DNA of 64,000 nucleotides, from positions 25,816 through 89,815 of the forward strand of contig CAZXXA010000011.1 of the NCBI GenBank assembly GCA_964644615.1, given 5' to 3'. This document shows positions 1 through 8,216 of the stretch, in pieces. The notes below the pieces were generated by a model. It was not told the DNA's origin. It saw nothing but the letters and a program-made list of their open reading frames with translations, and did not search any database. Both the position numbers and the translations under genes were made by a program. The first letter of the stretch is position 1. Each line of letters begins with the position of its first letter. The DNA comes from an uncultured Methylovirgula sp. (GTDB lineage Bacteria; Pseudomonadota; Alphaproteobacteria; Rhizobiales; Beijerinckiaceae).

Positions 1-1
1 T

Positions 2-235
2 CTGCTCGTCTTCGGCGAAGCGCCGGCGCATTGGGTGCGCGCGCAACTGCGCCGCTATATCAAGCTTGCCGCACGGCGCGAGAAGCCGCCGCGCTATAAG
101 AAATTGCTTTTGGCACCCGGTGCGCAACCCGATGAACTCGGCATGGCGACGAGCTTCGATCCGATCGATTGCCGCGAGGGCTCAACGGATGATTTGATCC
201 AGAAATTTGTCGGCGAATTATGTCTGACACGTTAG
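2..235 (+). CDS. 3' end of a gene truncated by the window edge; probable TIR-domain or TIR-associated partner of the STAND NTPase
   Basis: Frame open from base 2: LLVFGEAPAHWVRAQLRRYIKLAARR...FVGELCLTR*. Its stop overlaps the STAND start at 220. It resembles, from recollection, C-termini of TIR proteins found upstream of nSTAND1 genes. Confidence 0.5.
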   Translation: MLVFGEAPAHWVRAQLRRYIKLAARREKPPRYKKLLLAPGAQPDELGMATSFDPIDCREGSTDDLIQKFVGELCLTR

Positions 236-2496
236 CAGCGGAGTCCGTACGCGCGCCCTACCCCGGCCTCCGGTCGTTTCGCCGCGATGAGACCCATCTC
301 TTTTTCGGTCGCGAGGACTGTATCCATTCGCTCGTCGATCGTTTGGCGACGACACGCTTCCTCGCCGTGCTCGGCTCGTCCGGCACCGGAAAATCTTCGA
401 TCGTCAAGACAGGTCTTCTTGAGGCGCTGGAAATCGGCCTCATGGAAAGGGCCGGCGCGCGCTGGCGCGTCATCGACTTCCGACCCGGCGGCGCGCCTCT
501 GACCAACCTCGCTCGCGAGCTCTTGAAAACCGGCTCCAAAGGCGAGGAACCGAGCGAGATCGATGCGAAGATGCTGCGCGGCTTCCTAGCCCGCGGCCCG
601 CGCTCGATAATCGAGTGGTGCCAGGACGGCAATCTGCCGGCGAAACCGAAAACCAATCTTTTATTGCTCGTTGACCAATTTGAGGAGCTGTTCCGCTATC
701 AAGGCTATGCCGGCAAGGAGGAATCGGAAGCCTTCGTAGCCTTGCTGCTTGAAAGCGCCAACAGCCCGGAATTTCCGATCTATGTCACGCTGACGATGCG
801 CTCGGAATACCTCGGCGCCTGCGCTCTTATCGACGGGCTCGCTGAATCGATCAGCCGCGGCATGGTCTTGATTCCGCGCATGACGCGTGCGCAATGCCGG
901 CAAGCTATCGAAGGGCCGGCAGAAGTCTGCGGCATCCCGTTCCAAAAGCAAGACCCTCTTGTCAACCAGATCTTGAACGATCTCGCCAATTTCGCGCCCT
1001 GGGACGACAGCGGCTCGAGCGATCAGCTCGATCGCCTTGTGCGCCGCGCCGATCAATTGCCGCTGCTGCAATACACGCTCAATCGGATGTGGCTCGATGC
1101 CAAAACGAATGGCCAGGGCAAGCCGATCAAACTGCGGCTTGCGGACTATCAGGCAATCGGTGGCCTGAGCGGCGCGCTCAACACGCATGGCAATGCGCTT
1201 TTCGACGAGCTCGCGAAGAAAGGACTCGGCATTGTCGTTGAGAATATCTTCCGCGCCCTCGTGAATGGCACGACAGTCGCCGAGGCCGTGCGGCGGCCGC
1301 GGACATTCGGCGATCTCGTCGCACTCTGCGACGGCAATGTACAAGCAGTCGAAGAGGTCCTCTACACATTCTGCGCGCCGGGCTGCAATTTTCTCGCACC
1401 TGAGTTGCGCGATCCGGGGTCGGAGAAACGCGTGCCGCTCAATGCGGGCCAATGGATCGACATCAGCCATGAGAGCCTGATCCGCCAATGGAATAAGATG
1501 GCCGAATGGCTCAATGACGAAACCATTGCCTCGCAAAATTGGCGGCGCCTCAAAGATCGGATGGCGGATGGCGAGCAGATTAGAGGCCGCGAACTGGCCA
1601 ATCTCATCGCCTGGCGGGACGAGACCAAGCCGAACGAGGCCTGGGCGGCGCGCTATGGCGGCAATTTCAAGGAGGCCATGGCCTTCCTGGACAAAAGCCA
1701 ATCGGCCGCGACAGCCCGGCGGCGGGTGTTCTGGATGGCGGGTGTGGTGATCTTCGGAATCCTATTGGCTTCGACGATCACCGCTGGCGCACTTTGGTAC
1801 CGTGCGCAGACTCTGAATGCGACTCTGGATGCACAGAATCGAGATCTTCAAAACAGCAAGGAGCTGCTCGAAAAGCAGAAGACTCTGCTCGAAAGTCAAA
1901 CGAAGGCACTGGAATCTCAGAAGACGGCGCTCGAAACAACGCTGCGCGAAATCAGCGAGATGCGGAAAGAGAAAGTGGATAAGACCGAGCGTCTTGCCAT
2001 CTTCGGACCACCACCGGCTGGCAATGACAAGAGCGAAGACGAGGACGATAAAGTTCCAGCGACGGATAAAATATCGAATACTTTAACGGGACCGACGCCG
2101 AAGGAATTGCCGGGCAGAAAAACTCTCAAGACGATGGATCTTTACGCAGCGCTCTTAGCCGCGTCTATGAAGGTCGATTCGACAACGAGCGTTCCCATCG
2201 TCTTGGTCGACGTCGACAGCCAACCGCATCCGAAAACAATTCCGACGGCCGCACGCATATCCTATGCAGGCGCTGGAGGTACGCTCGACGACAAGATTCA
2301 ACAGAAGATGTCTGCCGACCTATCGAAAGTCGTGAGTACCTGGAACAGCGCGATCATTTTCTTCGGCGGCGATGTAAAGTCCTGGGAAGGCTATAATGCC
2401 GCTTTGCGCGCTATCGAGATCGGCTATCCGAACGTCTATTGGTATCGCGGCGGCCTTGCTGCGTGGCAGGCGCAGAATTTGAAGACCGCGCCGTGA
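220..2496 (+). CDS. nSTAND1-family NTPase with TM helix, coiled coil and C-terminal rhodanese-like domain
   Basis: PYPGLRSF..FFGRE start, Walker A GSSGTGKSS, Walker B LLLVDQFEELF, LPLLQYTL, DISHESLIRQW; TM RVFWMAGVVIFGILLASTITAGALWY; heptads LEKQKTLLESQTKALESQKTALE; rhodanese tail YNAALRA..GYPNVYWYRGGLAAW. Confidence 0.85.
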   Translation: MSDTLAAESVRAPYPGLRSFRRDETHLFFGREDCIHSLVDRLATTRFLAVLGSSGTGKSSIVKTGLLEALEIGLMERAGARWRVIDFRPGGAPLTNLARELLKTGSKGEEPSEIDAKMLRGFLARGPRSIIEWCQDGNLPAKPKTNLLLLVDQFEELFRYQGYAGKEESEAFVALLLESANSPEFPIYVTLTMRSEYLGACALIDGLAESISRGMVLIPRMTRAQCRQAIEGPAEVCGIPFQKQDPLVNQILNDLANFAPWDDSGSSDQLDRLVRRADQLPLLQYTLNRMWLDAKTNGQGKPIKLRLADYQAIGGLSGALNTHGNALFDELAKKGLGIVVENIFRALVNGTTVAEAVRRPRTFGDLVALCDGNVQAVEEVLYTFCAPGCNFLAPELRDPGSEKRVPLNAGQWIDISHESLIRQWNKMAEWLNDETIASQNWRRLKDRMADGEQIRGRELANLIAWRDETKPNEAWAARYGGNFKEAMAFLDKSQSAATARRRVFWMAGVVIFGILLASTITAGALWYRAQTLNATLDAQNRDLQNSKELLEKQKTLLESQTKALESQKTALETTLREISEMRKEKVDKTERLAIFGPPPAGNDKSEDEDDKVPATDKISNTLTGPTPKELPGRKTLKTMDLYAALLAASMKVDSTTSVPIVLVDVDSQPHPKTIPTAARISYAGAGGTLDDKIQQKMSADLSKVVSTWNSAIIFFGGDVKSWEGYNAALRAIEIGYPNVYWYRGGLAAWQAQNLKTAP

Positions 2497-2587
2497 TTGT
2501 CATCGGTGAATTTTCCAATGCGGGGGCGGCGCGCCGCTGGGGTGACTGGGCTCGAACCGCCGCAAGTGCGCGAAAAGCTCAATACGC

Positions 2588-3322
2588 CTAGCGAGGCAGA
2601 TGCGAATGCTGCTTGGCCCAATGCAGCGTCGAATGGGTGGCCAGCGCTTTGCCCATTGGAGGGCTCGTCATCGAGGCGCTTGTCGTCCGAAGATGCAGAT
2701 GACCCATCGCTCCGACGCGCATCGAGGTCTGATGCGCCGTCCCCGTCGCCATCGGAGCGCCCAAGGTCGCTCCGCTATTTTGCATCATGGCCACAGGCCG
2801 CAACGCCATCTCGCCATTCCCCACGGCAGCGACGGGGGCTAGAGCCGTTTCGCTCTTCGTCATTGCTGTCATCGGCTGGGCCGACATATGGCCTTCAGCC
2901 AGGGCCGCGATCGGCCGCAGCGCGGCGCCGCCACTCACGATGGCCGCGACGGGACGCAGCGACGTCCGGCCCTCTGCCAAGCGAGCTACGGGGCCGTTTT
3001 CGATGATTGCAGCGACCGGTCGCAAGCTCGTGGTTCCATGTCGCAGGGCAGCCGTCGGACGCAGCGGAGCTTCATTATTGATGACCGCTGCAACGGGCCG
3101 CAAAGACGTCGCGCTTTTTGCGATAGCGGCGGAGGGTTGCAGGCTGGTCGCGGCGCTCTGCATGGCGAGGGCCGCACCCGGCATGGCCTCGGCGCCCATC
3201 GCCTTCGTCGGCGCGCCGGACAATTCGACCGGCCGACGCATCGATTCATCGGCAGAAGCGGTCAGAGAACCCAATCCAAGCGCGAGACCTAATCCCGCGG
3301 ACAATACATAACGCAACGCCAT
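2588..3322 (-). CDS. Secreted protein with about ten 13-residue repeats (TSLRPVAA-type)
   Basis: GGAG upstream of ATG 3322; signal-like MALRYVLSAGLGLALGLGSLTASA; repeats TSLRPVAAVINNE, APLRPTAALRHGT, TSLRPVAAIIENG, TSLRPVAAIVSGG, AALRPIAALAEGH. Confidence 0.7.
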   Translation of the reverse strand: MALRYVLSAGLGLALGLGSLTASADESMRRPVELSGAPTKAMGAEAMPGAALAMQSAATSLQPSAAIAKSATSLRPVAAVINNEAPLRPTAALRHGTTSLRPVAAIIENGPVARLAEGRTSLRPVAAIVSGGAALRPIAALAEGHMSAQPMTAMTKSETALAPVAAVGNGEMALRPVAMMQNSGATLGAPMATGTAHQTSMRVGAMGHLHLRTTSASMTSPPMGKALATHSTLHWAKQHSHLPR

Positions 3323-3521
3323 AAACGCAGCTCCGATCCTGCGAGATGAAACTGCCATGGGAAGCCCCCTATGTTTTTTTTTGCAAATCCGTTCGACCTG
3401 CGGGAAGACTCAAGAAAGCCCTGCATCGCAATGACGGATTTGTCTCGCGCTAGCGTGGCCATTTCATGGCCCACGCCGCGCATTTTCTGGTCATGCCGTC
3501 GTTTTTATGCGGCGGATTTCC

Positions 3522-4169
3522 TCACGGACTCGCTGCCTTGAAGAACTCGAAGTTCTGGAAGGTAAGTTTCGCCGTCACACCATTTCCGGCACCGCCACCG
3601 ACACCGATGAGCGAGCCATTATCAGGCGGCGTGCCGTTGAACTGCGTCATTTTCTTGCCATTGACGAAGATCGTGGCGACGTGGCCCCGCATCTGAACTT
3701 CGACCTGATTCGTGTCGCCAAGCTGGAATTTGATCGCCGGATCGGGCGTCCAGCTGATCGGCGTCAGCCAGCGGCCGTTAGAAGCGCGGTCGACCTTGTA
3801 ATAGCCCTGTTTGCCGTCGCTGCCGATATTGAGCACATACATGTTCGAATAATCGGTCACCCAGAAGAGGACCAGCGCCTGCGCCTGATCAATGGCGCTC
3901 GCTTCGGCGATCGAGGCCTGCACGCAGATGCTGCCGTCGCCATAATAATCGCTCTGGCTCACGACCCAGCGCAGATAGCCCGGCTGTGGCTGCACGACAA
4001 GCGAACCATTCGCGACACTGAGCGTGTTGTCGGCCTTGCCCCAGCTCGGGTCCAAAGTCTGGAACGTATCCTGGAACGCCGGTTTGCCCGTGCACGCCGC
4101 GAAGGCCGGATCGGTGACCAAAGCGCCGGCGAGCGCGAAGAGACCCATCAGCTTGAATCGCATACCCAT
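3522..4169 (-). CDS. Secreted beta-sandwich protein, concanavalin A/DUF1080-like lectin or glycosidase fold
   Basis: GGAGGAGG RBS before ATG 4169/4163; signal MRFKLMGLFALAGALVTDPAFA; beta-rich with TNQVEVQMRGHVATIFVNGKK and IGVGG..FQNFEF patterns typical of DUF1080-like domains. Confidence 0.65.
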   Translation of the reverse strand: MGMRFKLMGLFALAGALVTDPAFAACTGKPAFQDTFQTLDPSWGKADNTLSVANGSLVVQPQPGYLRWVVSQSDYYGDGSICVQASIAEASAIDQAQALVLFWVTDYSNMYVLNIGSDGKQGYYKVDRASNGRWLTPISWTPDPAIKFQLGDTNQVEVQMRGHVATIFVNGKKMTQFNGTPPDNGSLIGVGGGAGNGVTAKLTFQNFEFFKAASP

Positions 4170-4370
4170 CACCCTCCTCCCGACACAACGGCAGCCGCCG
4201 TCGGATGCCCCACTCGAGTAGCTCGCCCACGGCGAGCGTTCCATCAAGCATCTGAATCCGCGCAATGCCGCGCGGACAGCAATCGCCTTCAACATTGAAA
4301 GACGCGCGAGCGTCTCATAGTTCATGCAACATCGGCCCCGGCGCAGCACCGCTTCGCGACCGCCGGAGGA

Positions 4371-6218
4371 TTATGAATTCGACATCTGCCAGGAATAGAC
4401 CTTGGTCGTGACACTCGTATCCTTATCGGGCCCGACGATGACGAGCGACACGGGCCCGTCCGAGATCGGCTTGTAAGACAGCGACGGATACCACTGGCTG
4501 TCCGTATTGCTGACGATCGTGCGGTTGTTCGCGTCCTTGAGATAGATTGCCACCGGTGTTTCCTTGTCGGCATAGACAAAGACGAAGTATGGAACGCCGG
4601 CCTTCAGAGGAAGCGTCTGGACTTTGATCCGCTGCGCCTTCTTCGTCGTCGGATCGATGCGCATGTCGTTGGAGACGAGCTTGTCGGGCGTCGTCAATAC
4701 GGGCGCCGCCGCGGCCTTCGGGTCAGGCTTGGCGTGATCCATGATCCAAGCGCCGATCACATCGATGCCGCGTCTGAAATTGGCCATCTGCGCCGCCCAA
4801 TAGGGCTTGTCAGCATCGAAGGCAGCCTGGGCGCGGCCTGCCGCCAAATCCGCGACGACATCGATGCGCTGCGCATAATTGATTTCGACGCCGCTCGGCG
4901 CGCCACGGCTCGCCCACTCGCCTTTCGGGCCGAAGGTGCCGGCATTGTTGATCGCAACGATATGGCCGGACGCAGCGACGATCGGACTGCCGGAGCCGCC
5001 GCCCGTCTCCGGGATTGAATGCTGCACGAGATAGCGATGTGCGGGATCGGTTTGCAGGAACAGGAAATCCGTCAGCGCCGTGATATTGCCGAAGTGGACT
5101 TGCGGCGTCGCCGCGACCGTCAGAACCCGATCGCCCGAAACATTCTCATAAGGGAAGCCGGCAGAGGCGAGCGGCATGCCGGGCTTCAATGCCAGGAGTT
5201 CATCCTTCGATGCGAACTCGAGCCGGATCTCGGGCGGCAGTTCCTCTTTGACCGTCAGCAGACCGGCATCATAGCCATAGCCGGAGATTTCGCTGGGCGC
5301 CTGTCCATAGACAGAGGGCACAAAGGCCGGGTCCTTGCCCGAGACGAGTCTTGGAAAATCGATGTAGCCGGGATGGAAGCTGTGCTCGACGACTTCATAG
5401 GGCGTGTGGCCAGTCCCCGACTGCAGCACCAGCAGCTTGTCGCCTGGCTGCAGATTATCGCATTCGGCAATCGTCCGATCCGCCACAGGGAATTTGTCGT
5501 CGCAAATGCCGGCGATATGCGCATTGGTCGCCAAGACATGCGGACCGATCACCCAAGCCGTGCCGAGCGCCGTTTTGCGGCCCTGCGCATCCTGCAGGAT
5601 GACAAGGAAGGTCGCGTTCCAAACTTTATCGATGACGCTTTGGCTGATGCTTGTCGCAGCCGCCGCCTGGCTATGCGCCAAAGCCTGTTTGGCGGCCGTC
5701 TCGTCTTGAGTCAGGCTGGCGATCGTCGCCGCCATCTGCCGCTGATTCTGGTCGTAGATGCGATACCAGATACCAATCACCGCGACGATCAGGATCGCGA
5801 CGAACGCACCCGCCAAACGTATATGATGAAGCTGCGTCGCGGCGGGCACGAATTTATCTTCGCGGCCTGTGACGCCGATGTTCGGACTGAGATCGGCGCG
5901 GTCGATTTTGACTTCGAAGCTCGGACCGTCCTTGCGGCCGAGATGCAAGACCGAATTGGGATCGATGGTTTGATCAGCGCCGACAGGAGTTCCATTGACG
6001 CTGACAAAATGCAGGCCGTGCGAGCCTTCGTGAATATGGATGGTCCAATCGTTGAGATCGCGGACCAGCGCGAAATGCCGGCGCCCAATGAGCTCTTCAT
6101 CAGCGGGATAGACGATGTCGCAATCGGGCTCGCGGCCGAATTCGATTTTCGTTTTGCTGTCGTCGAAGCTTTGGCTCTGTCCCGCGAGCGGGCCGCTCAA
6201 GTGGCGAATGGTAATCAT
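4371..6218 (-). CDS. FHA domain - TM - trypsin-like serine protease - C-terminal PPC-like beta domain
   Basis: FHA: IEFGREPDCDI..IGRRHF..VSVNG..LHLG; TM IRLAGAFVAILIVAVIGIWY; triad TNAH / YDAGLL / GGSGSP. Confidence 0.85.
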   Translation of the reverse strand: MITIRHLSGPLAGQSQSFDDSKTKIEFGREPDCDIVYPADEELIGRRHFALVRDLNDWTIHIHEGSHGLHFVSVNGTPVGADQTIDPNSVLHLGRKDGPSFEVKIDRADLSPNIGVTGREDKFVPAATQLHHIRLAGAFVAILIVAVIGIWYRIYDQNQRQMAATIASLTQDETAAKQALAHSQAAAATSISQSVIDKVWNATFLVILQDAQGRKTALGTAWVIGPHVLATNAHIAGICDDKFPVADRTIAECDNLQPGDKLLVLQSGTGHTPYEVVEHSFHPGYIDFPRLVSGKDPAFVPSVYGQAPSEISGYGYDAGLLTVKEELPPEIRLEFASKDELLALKPGMPLASAGFPYENVSGDRVLTVAATPQVHFGNITALTDFLFLQTDPAHRYLVQHSIPETGGGSGSPIVAASGHIVAINNAGTFGPKGEWASRGAPSGVEINYAQRIDVVADLAAGRAQAAFDADKPYWAAQMANFRRGIDVIGAWIMDHAKPDPKAAAAPVLTTPDKLVSNDMRIDPTTKKAQRIKVQTLPLKAGVPYFVFVYADKETPVAIYLKDANNRTIVSNTDSQWYPSLSYKPISDGPVSLVIVGPDKDTSVTTKVYSWQMSNS

Positions 6219-6312
6219 CGCAGATACTCAAATAAAGATAAGAAAATGCGCCATACCACTAGGGCTTGGCCATAGTGTCCGCAGGCTTTTTAAAAAGCAA
6301 GCCGCATTTCAG

Positions 6313-8202
6313 CTAGGAATTCTGCGGGTTCGACACCGCGGCAACGATGATACGGCTGACCTCCGCCGCCGATCGCGGTCGCAACCATTTGACCGGCGCA
6401 ACCATGCGCCGCAAAAGGCTTATGCACGGCTGTGGGATGCCAGCAGAACGCAGTGATTTCGTAATACCGTTGTCATATCGCCAGAAATTGCGCCCCATTT
6501 TCGGTGCCACGCCGAGCAATTCGAGCGCCATGACCCCTAATGCAAAAAGGTCGGTACGCGCATCGATGCGGCCGCCTTCCTTTTGTTCCGGCGCCATATA
6601 GGCCGGCGTTCCCCGGCCCGAGCGCTCATTGAGGCCGAGAAGCGCAATGCCGAAATCCACGATCACCGGCTGCTTCGTCCCGGCCAGCATGACGTTGTCA
6701 GGCTTGAGATCGCAATGCACGATGTGTGCGGCGTGAATGGCGGAGAGCGCATAAGCGATCTTGGTGATGAGATCGAGCGCTTGCGTAGCCTTCAGCACAT
6801 CCGGCTTGCCGGCATCCTGCAAGACAGCGCGCAGACTGGGCCCGTTGATGAGGTCTTCGACCAGCGTGACTTTGCCATTGGGCTCGACGATCAGGCCGCG
6901 AATGCGCGCGACACCGGGATGATCGACACGTGACGCTGCCGCGACCTCGGTGCGCGCCGTTTCAATCGCCAGGTCGCGCTGCGCGGGATTATAAAGCTGC
7001 GCAAGATCGACGCTCTTGACCGCGACTTCGCCGCCAAGTTCGAGGTCATAGGCACGATAGACGCTGCCTTGTCCGCCTGCGCCGAGCGGCTTGCGATAGA
7101 TGAAGCGACGCGCCGGGTCCTGCGCGGTGGGACTCAGCGCATAGGAATCCCATGTCGTCATATTTTCCGAGCCGCCCGAGGCTGCGAGCGCGAAGCGAAC
7201 CCTGTCGGCATGACCAGTAAGGCCGCGCATGACGGCAATCCGCAGTGCCTTCGATAGAGTCTTCTGCGCATCGTCCTTGCGGCCGAGACCATCGAGCGCT
7301 TTCGCCTGCAGGAGCCGCGCCTTGACCTCGCGGCCGGCGAGATCAGGTTCGCCAAGCGACGTGATAATCTCTTCGAGCTTCGTCTCTGCCAAGGTGAAGT
7401 TGTTTTCCGCCAAAGCGAGTTCTGCTTCTGCCTCGGTGAGTTCCGTCGCCTCGAATGAATTATTGGCTGGCAACTGTGCGCGGGCGGCGTCAAGCAATCT
7501 ATGCGCATCGTCGAATCTGCGCTGCGCGACGGCACAGCGTATATCTTCGATCGCCACGAGATGATGCATGCGCGGATTGGCGGCGGCGAGATCTGCGACG
7601 ATCGACTGCCGGAATTGCAGCGCGTCGTCGATCTGCCCTGCCGCGACGCGCGCCTGCAGCGCACCGACCTGCGCCCTGTGTTTCTGCACATCCGTCAGAT
7701 TGCCGTCCGGAAGATCAAGCGCGCGATCGAAGAGCGGTGCCGCGGCATGCGGACGGCCCATCTCCAATTCGAGCCGCCCCGCCTCGGCGATCGCCCGCGC
7801 CGTGCCGGCCACGTCGTTGGCGGCAAAACTTTCGGCCATGGCACGAAGGAGATCGAGGCCCGCCTCGCGGCCTTCGCCGCACCAGGCATGGACGACGGCA
7901 GCTTCGCGCTTGGCTTCGGCAAGCTGAACGCGATCTTCCAACTGTGCGAAGAGATCGGCGGCTTCGTTGAGATCGCCCAGCGCCTGATCGCGGAAGCCGA
8001 GACGGTTCGTGACAATGCCTTTGGCGAGAAGCCATTGCGCCTTCAAGGCGGGATCGGCGGAGACCGCCGCCGCGATGGCGCGCAGACGCTCGCTGATATG
8101 TGCGGGCCGCACATTGGCGGCGATGGCTTCGCGACAGGCCTTGATGACGGCTTCGGGTGGCAGGCCGGCATCGGATGCGCTGGCGATGTCACTCTCCGTC
8201 AC
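6313..8202 (-). CDS. Cytoplasmic Ser/Thr protein kinase with N-terminal TPR-like helical repeats
   Basis: LGAGGQGSVY, VAVK, HCDLKPDN, DFG, GTPAYMAPE, DLFALG; Ala/Leu helical repeats in the first about 350 aa; AAGAAAGG RBS before GTG 8202. Confidence 0.9.
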   Translation of the reverse strand: MTESDIASASDAGLPPEAVIKACREAIAANVRPAHISERLRAIAAAVSADPALKAQWLLAKGIVTNRLGFRDQALGDLNEAADLFAQLEDRVQLAEAKREAAVVHAWCGEGREAGLDLLRAMAESFAANDVAGTARAIAEAGRLELEMGRPHAAAPLFDRALDLPDGNLTDVQKHRAQVGALQARVAAGQIDDALQFRQSIVADLAAANPRMHHLVAIEDIRCAVAQRRFDDAHRLLDAARAQLPANNSFEATELTEAEAELALAENNFTLAETKLEEIITSLGEPDLAGREVKARLLQAKALDGLGRKDDAQKTLSKALRIAVMRGLTGHADRVRFALAASGGSENMTTWDSYALSPTAQDPARRFIYRKPLGAGGQGSVYRAYDLELGGEVAVKSVDLAQLYNPAQRDLAIETARTEVAAASRVDHPGVARIRGLIVEPNGKVTLVEDLINGPSLRAVLQDAGKPDVLKATQALDLITKIAYALSAIHAAHIVHCDLKPDNVMLAGTKQPVIVDFGIALLGLNERSGRGTPAYMAPEQKEGGRIDARTDLFALGVMALELLGVAPKMGRNFWRYDNGITKSLRSAGIPQPCISLLRRMVAPVKWLRPRSAAEVSRIIVAAVSNPQNS

Positions 8203-8216
8203 GGCAATAGCCTTTC

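Noticed and set aside
2760-3160. Periodic DNA repeats as a possible CRISPR array
   Set aside because: They are degenerate 39-nt coding repeats with no unique spacers and no cas genes.
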